A program made the position numbers and the translations under genes. From Mustelus asterias (Eukaryota): 64,000 nucleotides of DNA. Below, piece by piece: positions 25,905 to 39,820 of this stretch (its first letter is position 1; every line of letters starts with the position of its first letter). A model generated the notes under the pieces. The model saw nothing but the letters and a program-made list of their open reading frames with translations. It did not search any database and was not told the DNA's origin. The stretch lies in contig NC_135812.1 of the NCBI RefSeq assembly GCF_964213995.1, positions 43,896,001 through 43,960,000 of the forward strand, in the 5' to 3' direction.

Positions 25905-26225
25905 TTTCAGGTGTTCTATGACCGCAGAACATTCTGTATTCCATAGTTAAATAAGTACTTTTGAAGAATATTCACTGTTGCAGGGGGAAAGTCAGCCAAT
26001 TTGTATATAGCAAGATCCTACAAACATAACAATAGTTATGGGACAGATAACTATTTTGGTGGGTGCTAATTTAGTGGTAAAACATTGGCCTCTCCTTTTC
26101 TTGGCTGAATCATGACATGGCAATTTTTACATCCATCTGAAAGCCTGTTAAATATCTCATTCGTAAGGTAATACCTTGGACAATGCAACACCCTCGCAGT
26201 ATTGCACAGGGAGTGCCAGCCTATC
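25905..26225 (-). mobile_element. DeuSINE relic
   Basis: catggcaatttttacatccatctga and ccctcgcagtattgcac match the reverse complement of the Deu domain. Confidence 0.55.
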
Positions 26226-26254
26226 TAAAAATAGGACGATTGACAGATGATGAC

Positions 26255-26670
26255 AGTGATCTGATGAGGAAAGGTTAGACAGGTTGAGCTGGTATCCACT
26301 GGCGTTTAGAAGGAGAGGTGATCTTATTGAAATGTACAACGTCCTGAAGGGACTTGACAGAGTGGATGCCGAAAGGATGTTTTCCTTTATAGGCAAGATC
26401 AGAACCAGGGGCAGAGTTTAAAAACAAAGGGCTTCTCATTTAAGAGAAGGTAAGCAGAAATATTTTCTGAGGGTTACGAGTCTGTGGAACTCCCTTCCAC
26501 AGTGGACAGCAAAGGCAGTGTCATTGAATATTTGTAAAGGCAGAGGTAGATAGATTCTTTGCTAACAAGAGAGTCAAAGGGTATGGAGGGGTAGGAAAGT
26601 GATGTAGAATCCAACCATGATCTTATTGAATGGCAGGGCAGACTTGGGTGCGGAATGGCCTACTCCTAAC
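26255..26670 (+). mobile_element. CR1 3' fragment
   Basis: RGDLIEMY..LKGLDRVD; tail atggcctactcct. Confidence 0.85.
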
Positions 26671-26977
26671 TCAGATGTCTGTTGTCGACTGTCACTCACT
26701 TCATGAATCCAAATTCTTGCTACAAAATGTATTTAAATACTTTTCCAAGTGGAATGTGTTTTTCCAGCACTACAAAAATGAGTTGAGTCATAGAACTAGA
26801 TTCTCAACATAGGATTGTCAGATGATCAATAATTAACATAGTATTAATTTGATATTTACGTCTTACTAAATTTCCTTTAAGAATGCAAGTCACAATCACC
26901 TTCAAAGGATTTAAAATACTACCTTGCTTCCTTTGCTATTCTCAAAACAAAAGAATCTCTAAACTTAGATACCTATT

Positions 26978-27581
26978 GTGACAATACTGTGCCTATATAT
27001 TCAGCTCTGGTTTACATGGTGCCAATTTGTCTGCAGCAGGCAGCTCACATGCTGAGAATCCAGGAGAATAATTGGTTTTAGATAAGGGGTGTTTTCTGTT
27101 TATGTTTGGCTTTTCCCTTGGGGTTTGAATAGAGTTTTGGTTAGGTTGATTGACAAGAGAGAGTCACATGCAAATGGGAGGAGTTAAGCTTGCAGGGAAG
27201 CAAAAGGTGCCTGTCTCTCTTCTTAAGTGTTCAAAAGCTCTAGGACTGTTAACAAGTAAAAACACCTAAGCCTGTGTTGTTTGCTAACTTATTTTGAAAA
27301 GGAGTTTAAGTCTTTAGGAGGAATATTGCTTGGATTGGAACTAATGGAGATAGATTAGCTGTTAAGAATTATATCTGGTCATGTTTAAGTATTTAAATTG
27401 GTAAAAGTTAAATTAATTCATGTGCTTTGGCTAAAATGTACTGTTAAAAATTGTTTTTTTAAAATAAAAGCTTCATCACACCTGGAGTAAAACACCTTAT
27501 CCTCACACCAATGCCAAAAGAAAGAAAAAATAGTTGGGATCTAATCCAACTTCATAACATACCTTTGATCTTGTCCCAAAC
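26978..27581 (+). mobile_element. Possible solo LTR
   Basis: tgtgaca...aaca ends, AATAAA at ~27463, non-coding. Confidence 0.35.
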
Positions 27582-27744
27582 ACCATTCATACCATAATTT
27601 TTCAGTTAGTGCCTTTTCTCTCATCTCCATCCCAAACTACCAATCCTTGATAACCTGGCAAAGTAATCAAGGCTAAAAGTAAAAGTTTGACTATCAATGA
27701 TTGCCAGAAACAGGAAGTTAGCAATTTCAAAGTTTTTCCACCAA

Positions 27745-28075
27745 GATAGAAATCATAGAATGCCTACAGTGCAGAAGGTGGTCATTTGGCCCATCAAGCC
27801 TGCACCACCAACAATCTCACCCAGGCGCTATCCCTGTAATCCCACATATTTACCCTAGTCCTCCAACACTAACCAGGACAATTTAACATGACCAATCAAC
27901 CTAACCTGCACATCTATGGGCTGCCATCTATGGACTGCAGGAGAAAACTGGAGCAGTCGGAGGAAACTCACGCAGACATGGGAAGAATGTGCAAACTCCA
28001 CACAGACAGTGACCCAAGGCCAGAATTAACACCAGGTCCCTGGCACTGTGAGGCAGCAGTGCTAACCACTGTGTC
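27745..28075 (-). mobile_element. HE1 V-SINE with CR1-type tail
   Basis: Diverged reverse-complement copy. Confidence 0.88.
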
Positions 28076-28126
28076 ATCCAAGATGGATTGGAGAGAGAAT
28101 TTTTCTTTAATATGGAGCATCAATTG

Positions 28127-28260
28127 TGTTGGACTGGTGTGGGCACAGTAAGAAGTCTCAACACCAGGAGCTCTACTCACCTGATGAAGGAGCAGCGCTC
28201 CAAAAGCTCATGATGCCAAATAAACCTGTTGGACTTGAACCTGGTGCAAGACTTCTTACT
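28127..28260. mobile_element. Penelope mini-element (inverted termini) with a mutated hammerhead
   Basis: agtaagaagtct / agacttcttact inverted; ctgatga...gctccAAAA. Confidence 0.8.
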
Positions 28261-31200
28261 TATAAATACAATCCTATTGTTCCAGGTAAAGTATATTTAA
28301 ACAGTGAGCAATGAGTCCACTCTTACAATTCAACATCCCAACTTGTTTTCCCTGCAACACCATGTAGCCTTCACATTACTGATGAACAATATTTAAATAC
28401 ATAATTCCAGCTGGAGGAAAAATCCTGTACACCAACTATCTCAATTCTTTGAGAAAACTAGTGCAGGTAGACAAACTTCAGATGGTAATATGGTTAATGT
28501 AAATGATAGTGTTGAGATGATATTTATTAATATATTTATTCAGTTCATTAGAATTCAAAAACCAATTATTGAATCGGTCATGAAACAAATTGGACAGAAG
28601 TTCATTAACATGACACTTGGGTATGTTTATCGTTCCTCAGTTTAACGCCTACTACAGAAAGAGTGGGCAATGACACTAGGTTGCAATTCTAAAAGACACC
28701 TAAAAGGATCCAACAATGATCGTAAATCATTGTCTGTAGTCAAATTTGTTTGTCAAGAGAAGAGACAGTAATGAACAAATCAACAGCTTTTTGCACCAAC
28801 ACATAAATATTGTACTTTGAAAGCAGAGCCACTGGTAACAAGCTTTCAAATTGGGTTGGTGGTAACTCCAACAGATCAGATTTCTGTAATTACTGAATTA
28901 CTACCATGCTATTTCCATTACAACATAAATGTTGAAACATTTTCTGCAATTATACCATTGTTTGGGTGATAGAGTTATCCAATGAAGTCAAGAAACCAGG
29001 TCCCCTAACAAGGAATCAGTATTTGCAGGGGCAGGGGTTATTATGCAAGTGTCTAAAAACCACTTTACAATAAGTGTAAAGTCACATTTAGGATCATCAT
29101 TCCATGGACCTTCTGCAATATAAGCAACATATAGAGTACAGAGTCAAAGTGTAATATTATTTGGTATGAGCTGCTATTCAGCTTTGTCAATATTGACTAT
29201 TTTAATTTTTAAAAAACCTCCACAAAACGCTGTTGGGAGCAGGTTGTAGCTTCCAATAGCACAGATCACATGTGTTTTTGCTGTTTCAGACAACCCTGCA
29301 GAGTAAAGGAAGTTCCTAAACACAAAACCAGAAAACGTATCAAATCAAAACTGTAGAATTCCCCCAGCAAAGATGTCTCACAATTCCAAGACATACAATA
29401 TTTGCTTGAATGGTTAAATAGGAAATGCAAGCAATAGAAACAAAATTTCACTTCAACATGAGTGGGAGAGAGTATCATTTTTCAGGCATCTGTGTTTAGA
29501 AGTTTTAAATTATACAGTGTGGCAATTCAAATAACTTGTTTCCTTTAAATTCAGTTTAATAACTCCTCAGTTAATTTGGGGGGGGAAAAAAAACTTTTTA
29601 AAAATGTAGCATTTTATTTTGTCTTCAGGATTAATTACCATGATTCCAGCTACTGGTAGAGGCACAACAGGGAACTCTGGGTTGGGCTTATTGGATTTGG
29701 TGTCAGAAAAGCTCAATTTAAAGATTATGCATTTCAGTGGATAGGAAAGGTTTGATTTTACAAATATTAGTTGAGTTGCTGGATTTTAAATGTAGTTTGG
29801 TAAGCCATTTAATTTGTGCACATTTTCTTCAAATTCCACAAAATGTACATTGCTGCAACTGCTATTTACAGTAATCAGTTTGAGTGTGCGGTCAGGAAAT
29901 GCTGAACAAGCAAAGCCAAAACTGGAAAGTTCAATTGTGGTTCACATTAAAGTACAGCAGGCAAATAAAATCAGTCAAACCATCTTTTTAAAACCAGCAT
30001 CCTTTTCACCTAGGAATCAAATTCAGATCATTATTCCCTTCGGAACTCCAAATATTTCTAATCTGTGACTAACATTGAAGGCATCAAGCTTTGAAAAAGA
30101 AGATCACAATTATTGCATTATTGTTGAAAGCTTAGCCATGCAGAAAAACACAGTTGCTTTACCAATTGAAGAATGAGAAAATTCAGTACCTTCTTGGTTC
30201 CAACCATGACTATTTGCTCACCACAGAGATGCAACTGATTTGAACCTTTAAAGTCAGCCACAGTCCTCTTACATTGGATAAACAGGAAGTGTTTCTGGCC
30301 AAACAGGGCAATCGTTAAAAATTAAGAGTCAATATTAAAATCCCTAAAACTCAGATCACTAGAGCAAACATTTTAACTGGGGCTAGGGGAACTCCACGCA
30401 AAAATACCCATTCCAGGTTGTCATGTTTTAAAATTGTAGGCCAGAGGCAATGAGAACAAGCCAGTAAATTCAGGTCTCTTAACTCCTCCCACACATTTCC
30501 CCTGTGTCTAATTTTTTTTTACCGGTTTCATACCAACACTCAACTCTTCAAACTATACACTTTTCATAATCCATGCAACATAACTGGATTCAGTCATTAT
30601 TACATAAATACCCAGCAAATATATCTCTTATGAATGAAAGGCCTCTAACTCAGAAGTACTCCAGATAGATAAATAAAACATCTAGTCTAAAAACTTGACT
30701 GATGTCAGATTTTTCAAATAAACATTAAAATGTGTTTTAAAAATGTATGAAAATGCATCTGAAAAGATTAGCAACTTGATAGTAGAAAACACTATAGTGT
30801 ACTAATGACATCAGGAATAATGGTCAGATCTTTACCTAATGTACAGCTGGAATACGGAGACTCTGCACCATAAATCAATGACACTCGGACATGAAACTAT
30901 TTCATTAAGTTTGCTGATGACACTTAAGTTAGGAAGCACAACAAATTGTGCAGATGGGAGCAAATGGCAAAGGGACAGACAGACTTAAGTGAATGGTAAA
31001 ACTGTGACAAAAATGGAATTCAACTTCATAAGTGGATTCATGACAGACAAATCAGAATAGTTTATGATTAAAAACTGAAGAGGCAAAGGAATCTGGGTGT
31101 TTAGTACTCAAATTGCACTTACAGAAGGTGTCAAAAAAAAAAACGAATCGAAGGTTGGCCTTTATTTCAGTTTGCCTGTTTCTATGACACAAGAGGCTAA

Positions 31201-31314
31201 ACTTGTAAATATGTAATTTCTCAAAGTAACAGCCAGTATTACTTGTGGTCACAGGAGATTTCAGCATATAAAAATAGGACAGGAGCCCATTTCATCAACT
31301 GTGTTTCACAATTA

Positions 31315-32432
31315 TCTTTGATTTGTCACATGTATTAGTATACAGTGAAAAGTATTATTTCTTGCATGCTCTACAAAGCATACCATTCATAGAGAAGGAG
31401 AGAATGCAGAATGTAGTGTTACAGTCATAGCTAGGGTGTAGAGAAATATCAACTTAATGCAAGGCGTTCATGACCCTTTGTAGTTTCTTGCAGTCTTGGA
31501 CAGAGCAGGAGCCGTACCAAGCTGTGATACAACCAGAAAAAATGCTTTCTTTAGTGCATCTGTAAAAGTTGGAGAGAGTCGCAGTGGAAATGCCAAATTT
31601 CCTTAGTCTCCTGAGAAAATAGAGGCATTGGTGGGCTTTAACTAGTGTCGGTAGGGGCGCGGGGGGGGGGGGGGGGGGGGGGGGGGGAAACCAGGACAGG
31701 TTGTTGTTGATCTGGACATCTAAAAACTTGAAGCTCTCGACCTTTTCTACTTCGTCCCAGGGGCATGTCCTCCGCTACACTTCATGAAGTCAATGACTAT
31801 CTCCTTGGTTTTGTTGACAGGGAAAGATTATTGTCATTGCACCAGTTCACCAGATTCCCTCTTTCCTGTACTCCATCTCGTCATTGTTTGAGATCTGACC
31901 CTCTACGGTGGTGTCATCAGCAAACTTGAAAATTGCATTGGAGGGGAATTTGGCCACACAGTCATAGGTATATAATGGGTAGAGTAAGGGGCCTTATGAG
32001 GCACTGGTGTTGAGGATGATCGTGGAGGTGTTGTTGTTACTGTTTGCGGTCTGTGGGTTAGGATGTTCAGGATCCAGTCACAGAGGGAAGAGCCAAGCCC
32101 CAGGCCACGGAGTTTGGAGATGAGTTTTGTAGAAATAATGGTGTTGAAGGCCGAGCTGTAGTAGATAAATAGGAGTCTGACATAGGTGTCTTTGTAATCT
32201 GGGTGTTCCAGGATTGAGTGCAGGGCCAGGGAGATGGTGTCTGCTGTGGACCTGTTGTGGCAGTGGACCTGTAACTGCAGTGGATCCAGGCAATCTGGGA
32301 GGCTGGAATTGATTGGTGCCATGACTAACCTTTTGAAGCACTTGCCACTGGACAATAGTCATTAAAGCACGCTGCTTGGCTTTTCTTTGATACCCGGGAT
32401 GATGGTCACCTTCTTGAAGCAGATAGGGACCT
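31315..32432 (-). mobile_element. Rex1/Babar LINE, 3' half
   Basis: [39 protein letters not shown]; poly-G run at 31661-31686. Confidence 0.92.
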
Positions 32433-35104
32433 TATCTAATCCAATTTCTAAGCTGAGCTCTTAGGTCACAACATCATGCTGACTCAACTTGCTGAAGATT
32501 AAATCCATGGATGGCTTTTGTGAATATGTAATAATCACCATGTTGTCAGTTTTAAAAACACAATGTCACATGCCAGTGTTGTTGGATATGGTGTTTTCTT
32601 TTACTGCAAAACGACAGAGAAAGGCCATTCATCCCAAAATTCTCTCATTCATTTAGGAATATTAGCCTAGTCACAGAATCCCAGCTGTTATATGATTCAA
32701 GGCCATTTTTTCCACCATACTATCTAGCAATCTTTTGCACAGGTGAAGTGTGAAGAAAAAGGCATGTATGCACAGGGAGGATAGAAAAAGATAGGAGGAA
32801 GAGAAAAAAATAAGGGAAAAAAGACAAAGGTTAAGAAGAGATAAATTGAAGTGAAGGAAGCATATATGATGTGGCGTAAAGATTTCAAGTAGTACAAAAT
32901 AGATTGGAAATTGTATGTGGTGGTTAGTCACAACTCAGCCCAGCTTACTAGTTGTATTGCAAGCACCTGGACTGCCCTAAAGGTTGCGTACGCTGCTCCA
33001 TTTATCTTTTTAACAGCTCAGCATTCCATTTGCTTCACTTGTTGCTCTACAGTATTTAGAGCTGGAATGTAACTGGTCACAAGTTAATTGGTATGTAAAT
33101 GTCCTTCCCCAGTGTATTTTTAGATCCAATTGAAAACCCTTTCCCCACTCCCAGTCACAAAGTACAAAGTGTCACTGTACTTTATTATGTGCTCCAGAAA
33201 ACTGCTAGTACACTGATGTAGCATTACTGCAGCACAAATTTGAACTCTGTTGTAACATACTGCTCAGTCCAACAGTTAAACCACACCAGACCATTCAACT
33301 GCTACACATCTATTGTATCACATACATAGATCAGCCCTATCCCTTGCATTCATGCTTGGGATATCTGATGCTCCCCAAGTAATCCTAAAACATCCAGAGC
33401 CAACTACAAAGCAGCTTCTATTGCAGGATTATGGTACAATTCGACAATTTGAATTATTCTGTCAAGTTACGTTATTACTGTTAAGACTTGTCCTAAAATC
33501 CAAACATGACAAATCAGTTTAAGTCTATGTTTGTACAATGTGTAATTAGGTTCCTTTAAGGCCAAAGCGCACAGGGCGCATGAAAAGACACTGCAATAAT
33601 TTAATTAGTCATTTCACTTTTATTACAACCAATAGCACAAAATTATTTTTGGACTCTAAATAAATAAATGGTATAAGAGATGAGTGTAAATGCAGCTTCA
33701 GGCAAGGCCTAGAGAAAGGAGTCTCATTCTGCGATTGGTATAGTCCTCAATGCTTAATTAGCTAAACAAGGCCAGTGCATTGCCAGAACTGCTTCAAGCC
33801 AATGCCGAAATTGTGCAAGTACATCCAAAAATCACATTTACATGGGCAACTCGATCAGCCAACTTGCACACCGGTAGTGACTGTTTTCAGGGGCATCTGA
33901 TAGTATGTTCCTTTGCTGAAAAAAAAATGTGTAGACCTGGGACAAAGTGACCCACTGCACCTAAATATTTGCACTGCTACTTAGCCAATACGAGCAGAAC
34001 AAACAGACAGTTTTCATTACTGGTGACAGATTAGGAGACCTCACAATATCCCTGGTGCTACTAGGCCAAGCCAAGGTTTAAATTTAACAGTCATCATTGA
34101 CAGAGCAGAACCTGCCCACAGAAATCAATAGAAATACTATGGAGTAGCAAGGCTTAAGTACCTCTTCAGAGATAGAAGAGTGTGGCAGCTAAACTGAGCC
34201 ATGCTAGATTAGAATCAGAGGTCTAATTTTAATCACAGGTATGAACAAGGTGCCTAACCATGTTTTGTATACAAAATGAAACTGGCCAATAATTTTAATG
34301 GAGCAAAGAAACAGCACAGAAATGTGGAAATTTAGTGAAGCTATCTGGCATGCCAATCAAGCTTACATCTCAGTCTTCAATTTTTATTGCTTGCTGGATC
34401 AGATCCATTGTTGCCATTTGCCATGCTTCCCTACTCCATTGACAAAAGCCTCACTCTACATATTGTATGCCTTGTCCTTTTCCACTTATAAACTCCCACT
34501 GGCAGAAATTGTTTTTAAAAACCTCCATCATTTCAAAAAGTGAAAAATTTAAAAAACTTCTAGTGCTATCCTGGCACTTAAGGACATGGAACGGATGATG
34601 GTTTGATTAAAATCCTCAGCTCACCAAGCTAGATACATGGTTCCATAACAGAATTTGATTTAAACGGCCAATGTATAAATAAAATGAAATATGAACATTA
34701 AGGCTCTGGACAGGGGACAATTGTGAAAAAGGAAGTCTAACTAGTAATTGCAATAGTGCTTGCACATGTTGTCAGAAAGCAACCAGCAGACCATTCAAAA
34801 GGGAACCTCAACACTTTTATCTTGACTATATACACCAGTGTTGTTCAGTTATATACTTTTTTAAAAATTAGTTGGAAAAAATGCAAATAGCAAAGGTAGC
34901 AGAGTGTGAGGAAAGTTTGACGTAGCTATTTTACAGGACAATGCATGCTGAAATGCAGAAAGATTAGGTTTTTTGTAGAGTATGTCAAAACCAAATTCAG
35001 AATGAAAATCCAAATACTTAGCAGTAATTTAAGTGAAACCATGGGGTAACTTGTAGTTAAAGTTCATGAACATATTTTCACTTTCCAAATCTTCCCCAGG
35101 AATG

Positions 35105-36215
35105 CCATGCTTGAATCCCATGTTTTTAACCCCCACCACAGTACTGAAACAGCTCTTAGCAAAATCAGTGACATCCTATGTGACTGCGACAAAGGAAGCA
35201 TTCCCCTCTATTTTTCTCAACCCGTCTGCAACCTCTGACAATTGACTATACCATTCTCCTCCAATGCCTCTCCACTGTCATTTAGCCTGGTAACTATGTG
35301 ACTGCTCCCACCTGGCTTCATTCTTATTTAATCCTAGCCACAGAATTGCTTGCATTGGTGTCTATTCCTCCTCCTGCAGCGTAATCTCTGATGTTCCCCC
35401 AAGGATCTATTTTTGGCCTCAGGCTGCTGATCAACATTCAGTACTGGATGAGCAGAAAATTTCTCCAAATTAAATACTAGGAAGACTGAAGCCATTATTT
35501 TCAGTCACTGCTCCAAACTCTGTTCCTTGGCTATTGACTACATCCTGACCCCTTGCATCTGTCTGAGATTAAGCCATTCTATTCATAATCTTGATGTCAT
35601 GTTTGATCCCGAAATGAGCTTCCGACCTCAAATTCATGCCACTAATAAGACTGTCTATTTCCACCTCCTGTAACCACTCAACTTCACCCATCTCAGCTCA
35701 TCTACTGTCAAAACCTTAATTTATCTCTTTTATTGACTGGACTTCCTCATTATTCCATAAACTTAAACTTATCCAAAACTCTGCTGCCTATGTCTTAAAT
35801 TTGGAGCAAGCCCTGTTCCCTTGTCACCTGTGCTAGCTGACCTATGTCGGGTACCAGTCGAGCAACACAATTTTAAAATTTTCATCCTTGGTTTCAAATC
35901 CCTCATGGCCTCACCCTTCCCTATCTCAAATTTCCTCCAGCCCCATAACCCTCAGGAGATACCCATGCTCTTCTTATGCATCAATTTTAATTGTTCCATC
36001 GTCGATGGTGGTCCTTTCAGCTGCCTAGGCCCCAAATTCTGAATTATCCTCCCTATAAACTCTCCACTTAATTTTCCTCCTTCAAGACACCGTTTAAAAA
36101 CCTCTGACCATCTGATCTAATATCACCTTACATGGTTTGGTGTCATACTTAGTTTTACAATGGCCACTTGAAACACCTCAGAATGTTACAATGCATTAAC
36201 AGTACTATTTAAAAA
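35105..36215 (+). mobile_element. Degenerate L2 LINE RT and 3' region
   Basis: cacagtactgaaacagctctt (HSTETAL), ggaagactgaa (KTE), atccaaaactctgctgcc (IQNSAA). Confidence 0.8.
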
Positions 36216-36526
36216 GTAAAGTTATTAAATACAGAATTTTTCTTTTATTCTGACCCATTTCCAATTTTCTCCCTTTATCTCACTCACCCTGCCAATTATA
36301 CCCCTCCTTAAGACAGCTATTCCTTATCTATGCATGGGCCCCCAAAGACAAAAGGTTCTCAGGTTGATACCTTGTCCATGTGGCCACTCCTTGGTTCACC
36401 AAGGCTTACAAACACAGTATTCTACTGAGGGAGCATCACTGCCAAACTCAATCCTGTCCATACTAGAGTCAGTTAAAAGTTACAGCATTCTTTTTGTCTA
36501 TTTGGATCAGAGTTGTTTATGCTTAA

Positions 36527-36650
36527 CTGGTTCAGTGGTAGCACACTCACCTTGGAAACAGAAGCTTATGGGTTCCAATTCCAATACAGAAAGTCAAACA
36601 CAAAATCTAAGCTGACATAGCATCACAACTAGAGAGTGCTGGCCTTCAGA
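36527..36650 (+). mobile_element. DeuSINE tRNA head relic
   Basis: ggttcagtggtagcac...cagaagcttatgggttc. Confidence 0.5.
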
Positions 36651-37199
36651 TGCAAAAAACCTACAACAGCAAATCACAACTCCAAAGATTCTCTTCTAAT
36701 TATAACACTTGCATACATTGGGACATGGACATAAATTTATGTTACCCTGTTGTAGCATGATGGAAATTGCTTGCACAAAAAAAAAAGTGCTTCTTCCCAA
36801 GACAAAGGCTTAAAAAGTTAAAGGTCAGTGCACACTACAAAGTAGAGATAAGCAAGTTCAAAAAAATCATTGTGGTCAGAAATTTTGGATTGCAATCCAG
36901 AAACTCCCTTTAGAAGAATGCATTTTCATTCCTACATGAGCAGTTAAGTTGATCATAATATCAAAAGGTGCCACTACTGCACATGGGCTGCCAGCTTGTT
37001 ACATTGAGCATATTTGTTTAAACAAAATTTAAAACAGAAATTGGGACATTCTGTTTCGTTTGCTGTAGTGATAGGACAGAGGATATGAAAGGTGCTATTT
37101 AAACACAAGTCAATGGCAGACAACAACCAATTTCTTACATTTCCTATAAAATAGGAAGGGAAGGTATGTTTAGGCCACTGCAAAATCAGTTCCTAAGAT

Positions 37200-38240
37200 G
37201 TGTCATTTGTTAAACTAGCCTTAAACAGAGATTGGGAACTTCAACTCGCAACGGGCCTCAGAATTTTTATACATGTGCAAACTGGGAGTAGGCTGCATGT
37301 GTGCAGATCTGCATTTTTGCATTCTTTAGGCCCACCACACTTATGCAAGAAGAAAAATGGCGACTGGGTGCAGAGCACCATCAAGAAGAAAAACCCCAGG
37401 CAGGGAACAAGGAGGTCTAAAAGATGAGACCCAGAGAGGGGACAGGGATAGAAAAAGTTAATAAGAGAGCAGCAGAGGGAAAAGGGGCTCCAAATAGCAA
37501 AAGGGCTGGGTGTAGCAGACTTTAATTGAAGAAGATTCAAGGGAAACCCTGGTAGCAAACAGGACTTGGAAGAAGGCCTGAACATCCAAGAAGGCAGTTG
37601 AAATTGGTGACTCAGGATGTTGGGGTAAAGGCACTCCTTGGGGCAGTGTGTTCTGCTCAGTATGGCTGAAGATCTGAAATTGTGCTTTGGTGAATTGGTA
37701 ATTGAATGTATACTTGGGAATTCAGAGGAACAGAATCTTGGGAGATGAGGTTGAAACCCTACAAGGTGAGCCATCATTAATGCCGTCCGAGTTGGAGCGA
37801 ATTTGGAGAGCGTTTCCAGGTTAGACCTTTGAAAGTGAAGACTTGAATCCTTTGCAAAAGAGGCAGAGATTCAGTGAGATTGGTTGACTCAATATTACGG
37901 ATGTCTAGGTGGATTGTTGAGAAATCCATGGATACTGCTTTGGTTGCATCTGCCATTTATTGTGTAGTGGGGTCTGTTCCATCACAGGTGCCTGTTAATT
38001 CACATGTATCTCATACTTACCCTGAATGCAGAGTATAAAATAGACATTGTAAATTGTTTTCTTTTTCTCATTTTGTGAAGTCTATTTTTGTTTGTTCAAA
38101 ACCCATGGAATTTTGTAGCCTTCTTCAGGACCAAAAGCCTTAAAATCTAAACTGTCTATTTTAAACAAAACCTTTTGGTCCTTAACCAGATCTTAGCAAT
38201 AATTTGGGCAGGGGGGTGGTCTGGCAATGAATCATAAGAC
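37200..38240 (+). mobile_element. Possible solo LTR
   Basis: Purine-rich U3-like body and an end resembling ...atcataa(c)a. Confidence 0.35.
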
Positions 38241-38831
38241 AGCACAACTAAAGATGAGGAAAATAAAGATAGAACCAGAACACAGTACAAAATCCACAAA
38301 ATGTTTAGGAAGGATACAAATTATAAAATATATATTTTACTCGGCAACATAATGGACATATAAACAGACACAATTCAATTTTTTCAGAAAAGGAGTTAGT
38401 TTGAGGTGACAGGATTGGTGTTCTTTAAACTCAACAACAGAGGGAAAGTCCACGATTGTAATCACACAACACCTCTGAACAAAGAATGCTATGAGTGCCC
38501 AGGGGATTTTGTATTACAACATACTATCTTGAAACTCCTGTGTAATTTCCCCATGTAATTTTATCACTCAGGTTCCTTGCTTCAAGCAGTGTAATGGAAC
38601 AACTCTTTTGACTTTATGACATCATGAAATAACTTAACCTTGCAGTAACATGTGCAAACCTGGTCATCTGGCCGGAACCAAAATTCACTAGTTTGACTGG
38701 ATATGTTTCCTGTCCACCAACAACCCCAACCTAAGAACGAACAATTCCAGTTCCAGTAAACAAGAGAGAATGCAACCATCTCTGACATTCAACAGCATTA
38801 TCCTCACTGAATCTCCTAAATGTAACATGTA

Positions 38832-39165
38832 GGGCGGCACGGTGGTGCAGTGGTGAGCACTGCTGCTTCACAGCTCCAGGGTCCCGGGTTCGATTCCCGG
38901 CTCGGGTCACTGTCTGTGTGGAGTTTGCACATTCTCCTCGTGTCTGCGTGGGTTTCCTCCGGGTGCTCCGGTTTCCTCCCACAGTCCAAATATGTGCGGG
39001 TTAGGTTGATTGGCCAGGTTAAAAATTGCCCCTTAGAGTCCTGGGATGCGTAGGTTAGAGGGATTAGCGGGTAAATATGTGGGGGTAGGGCCTGGGTGGG
39101 ATTGTGGTCAGTGCAGACTCGATGGGCCGAATGGCCTCCTTCTGCACTGTAGGGATTCTATGATG
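38832..39165 (+). mobile_element. HE1 V-SINE, young, CR1-type tail
   Basis: Nearly identical to 12997-13338. Confidence 0.95.
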
Positions 39166-39179
39166 ATTTCTTTTCTGTA

Positions 39180-39820
39180 ACATCTCAGGGGTTTATCATT
39201 GGCCAGAAACTTAACTGGACCAGCTACGTAAATACCGTGGTTATAAGAGGTCAGGAGTGACCATGACAGTGCCCATGGATTTCTCAACAGCCCACCCAGA
39301 TGTCAGTAATACTGAGTCAACCAAATCTCACGGAAACTCAGGTCAAACACTGGATATTCTGTAGTAACTCATCTCCCGACTCCCCACATCTGTCCACCAT
39401 CTACAAGGCGCAAATCAGGAGTGTGATGGAATACTCTCCACTTGCCTGGATGAGTGCAGCTCCAATAACATTCAAAAAACTAAACACCATCTTGGTCAAA
39501 GTAACCTGCTTGATTGATACCCCACTCCCCCCTGAAAACATACAATCCCTCTTACGCTGGCACACAGCAACAAAAACATGTAAAAGCTTGCAATTCACCA
39601 AGGTTCCTTCAACAGCATCGTCCACACACCCTTTGGATTTGGAACTACACTGTCATTTATTGTCACTGGGTCAGAAATGTGAAACTCCCTTCCTAACAGC
39701 ACTGTGGGTCTACCTACGCCATGGACTGCAACGGTTCAAAAAAAAAAAACCACTCACCACCAACTTCTCAAAGTCAGTTAGGGATCAAAATACTGGCCTT
39801 GTCAGAGACACTCATAAAAA
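39180..39820 (+). mobile_element. LINE 3' fragment (CR1/Jockey group, distinct family)
   Basis: LSTIYKAQIRSVMEYSPLAWMSAA; 3' tail ending in poly-A. Confidence 0.8.

Noticed and set aside
31661-31686. 26-nt poly-G as a functional G-quadruplex
   Set aside because: Homopolymer expansion within a dead Rex1 copy; sister copies read gcatggagggacc, and the length may be a sequencing artefact.
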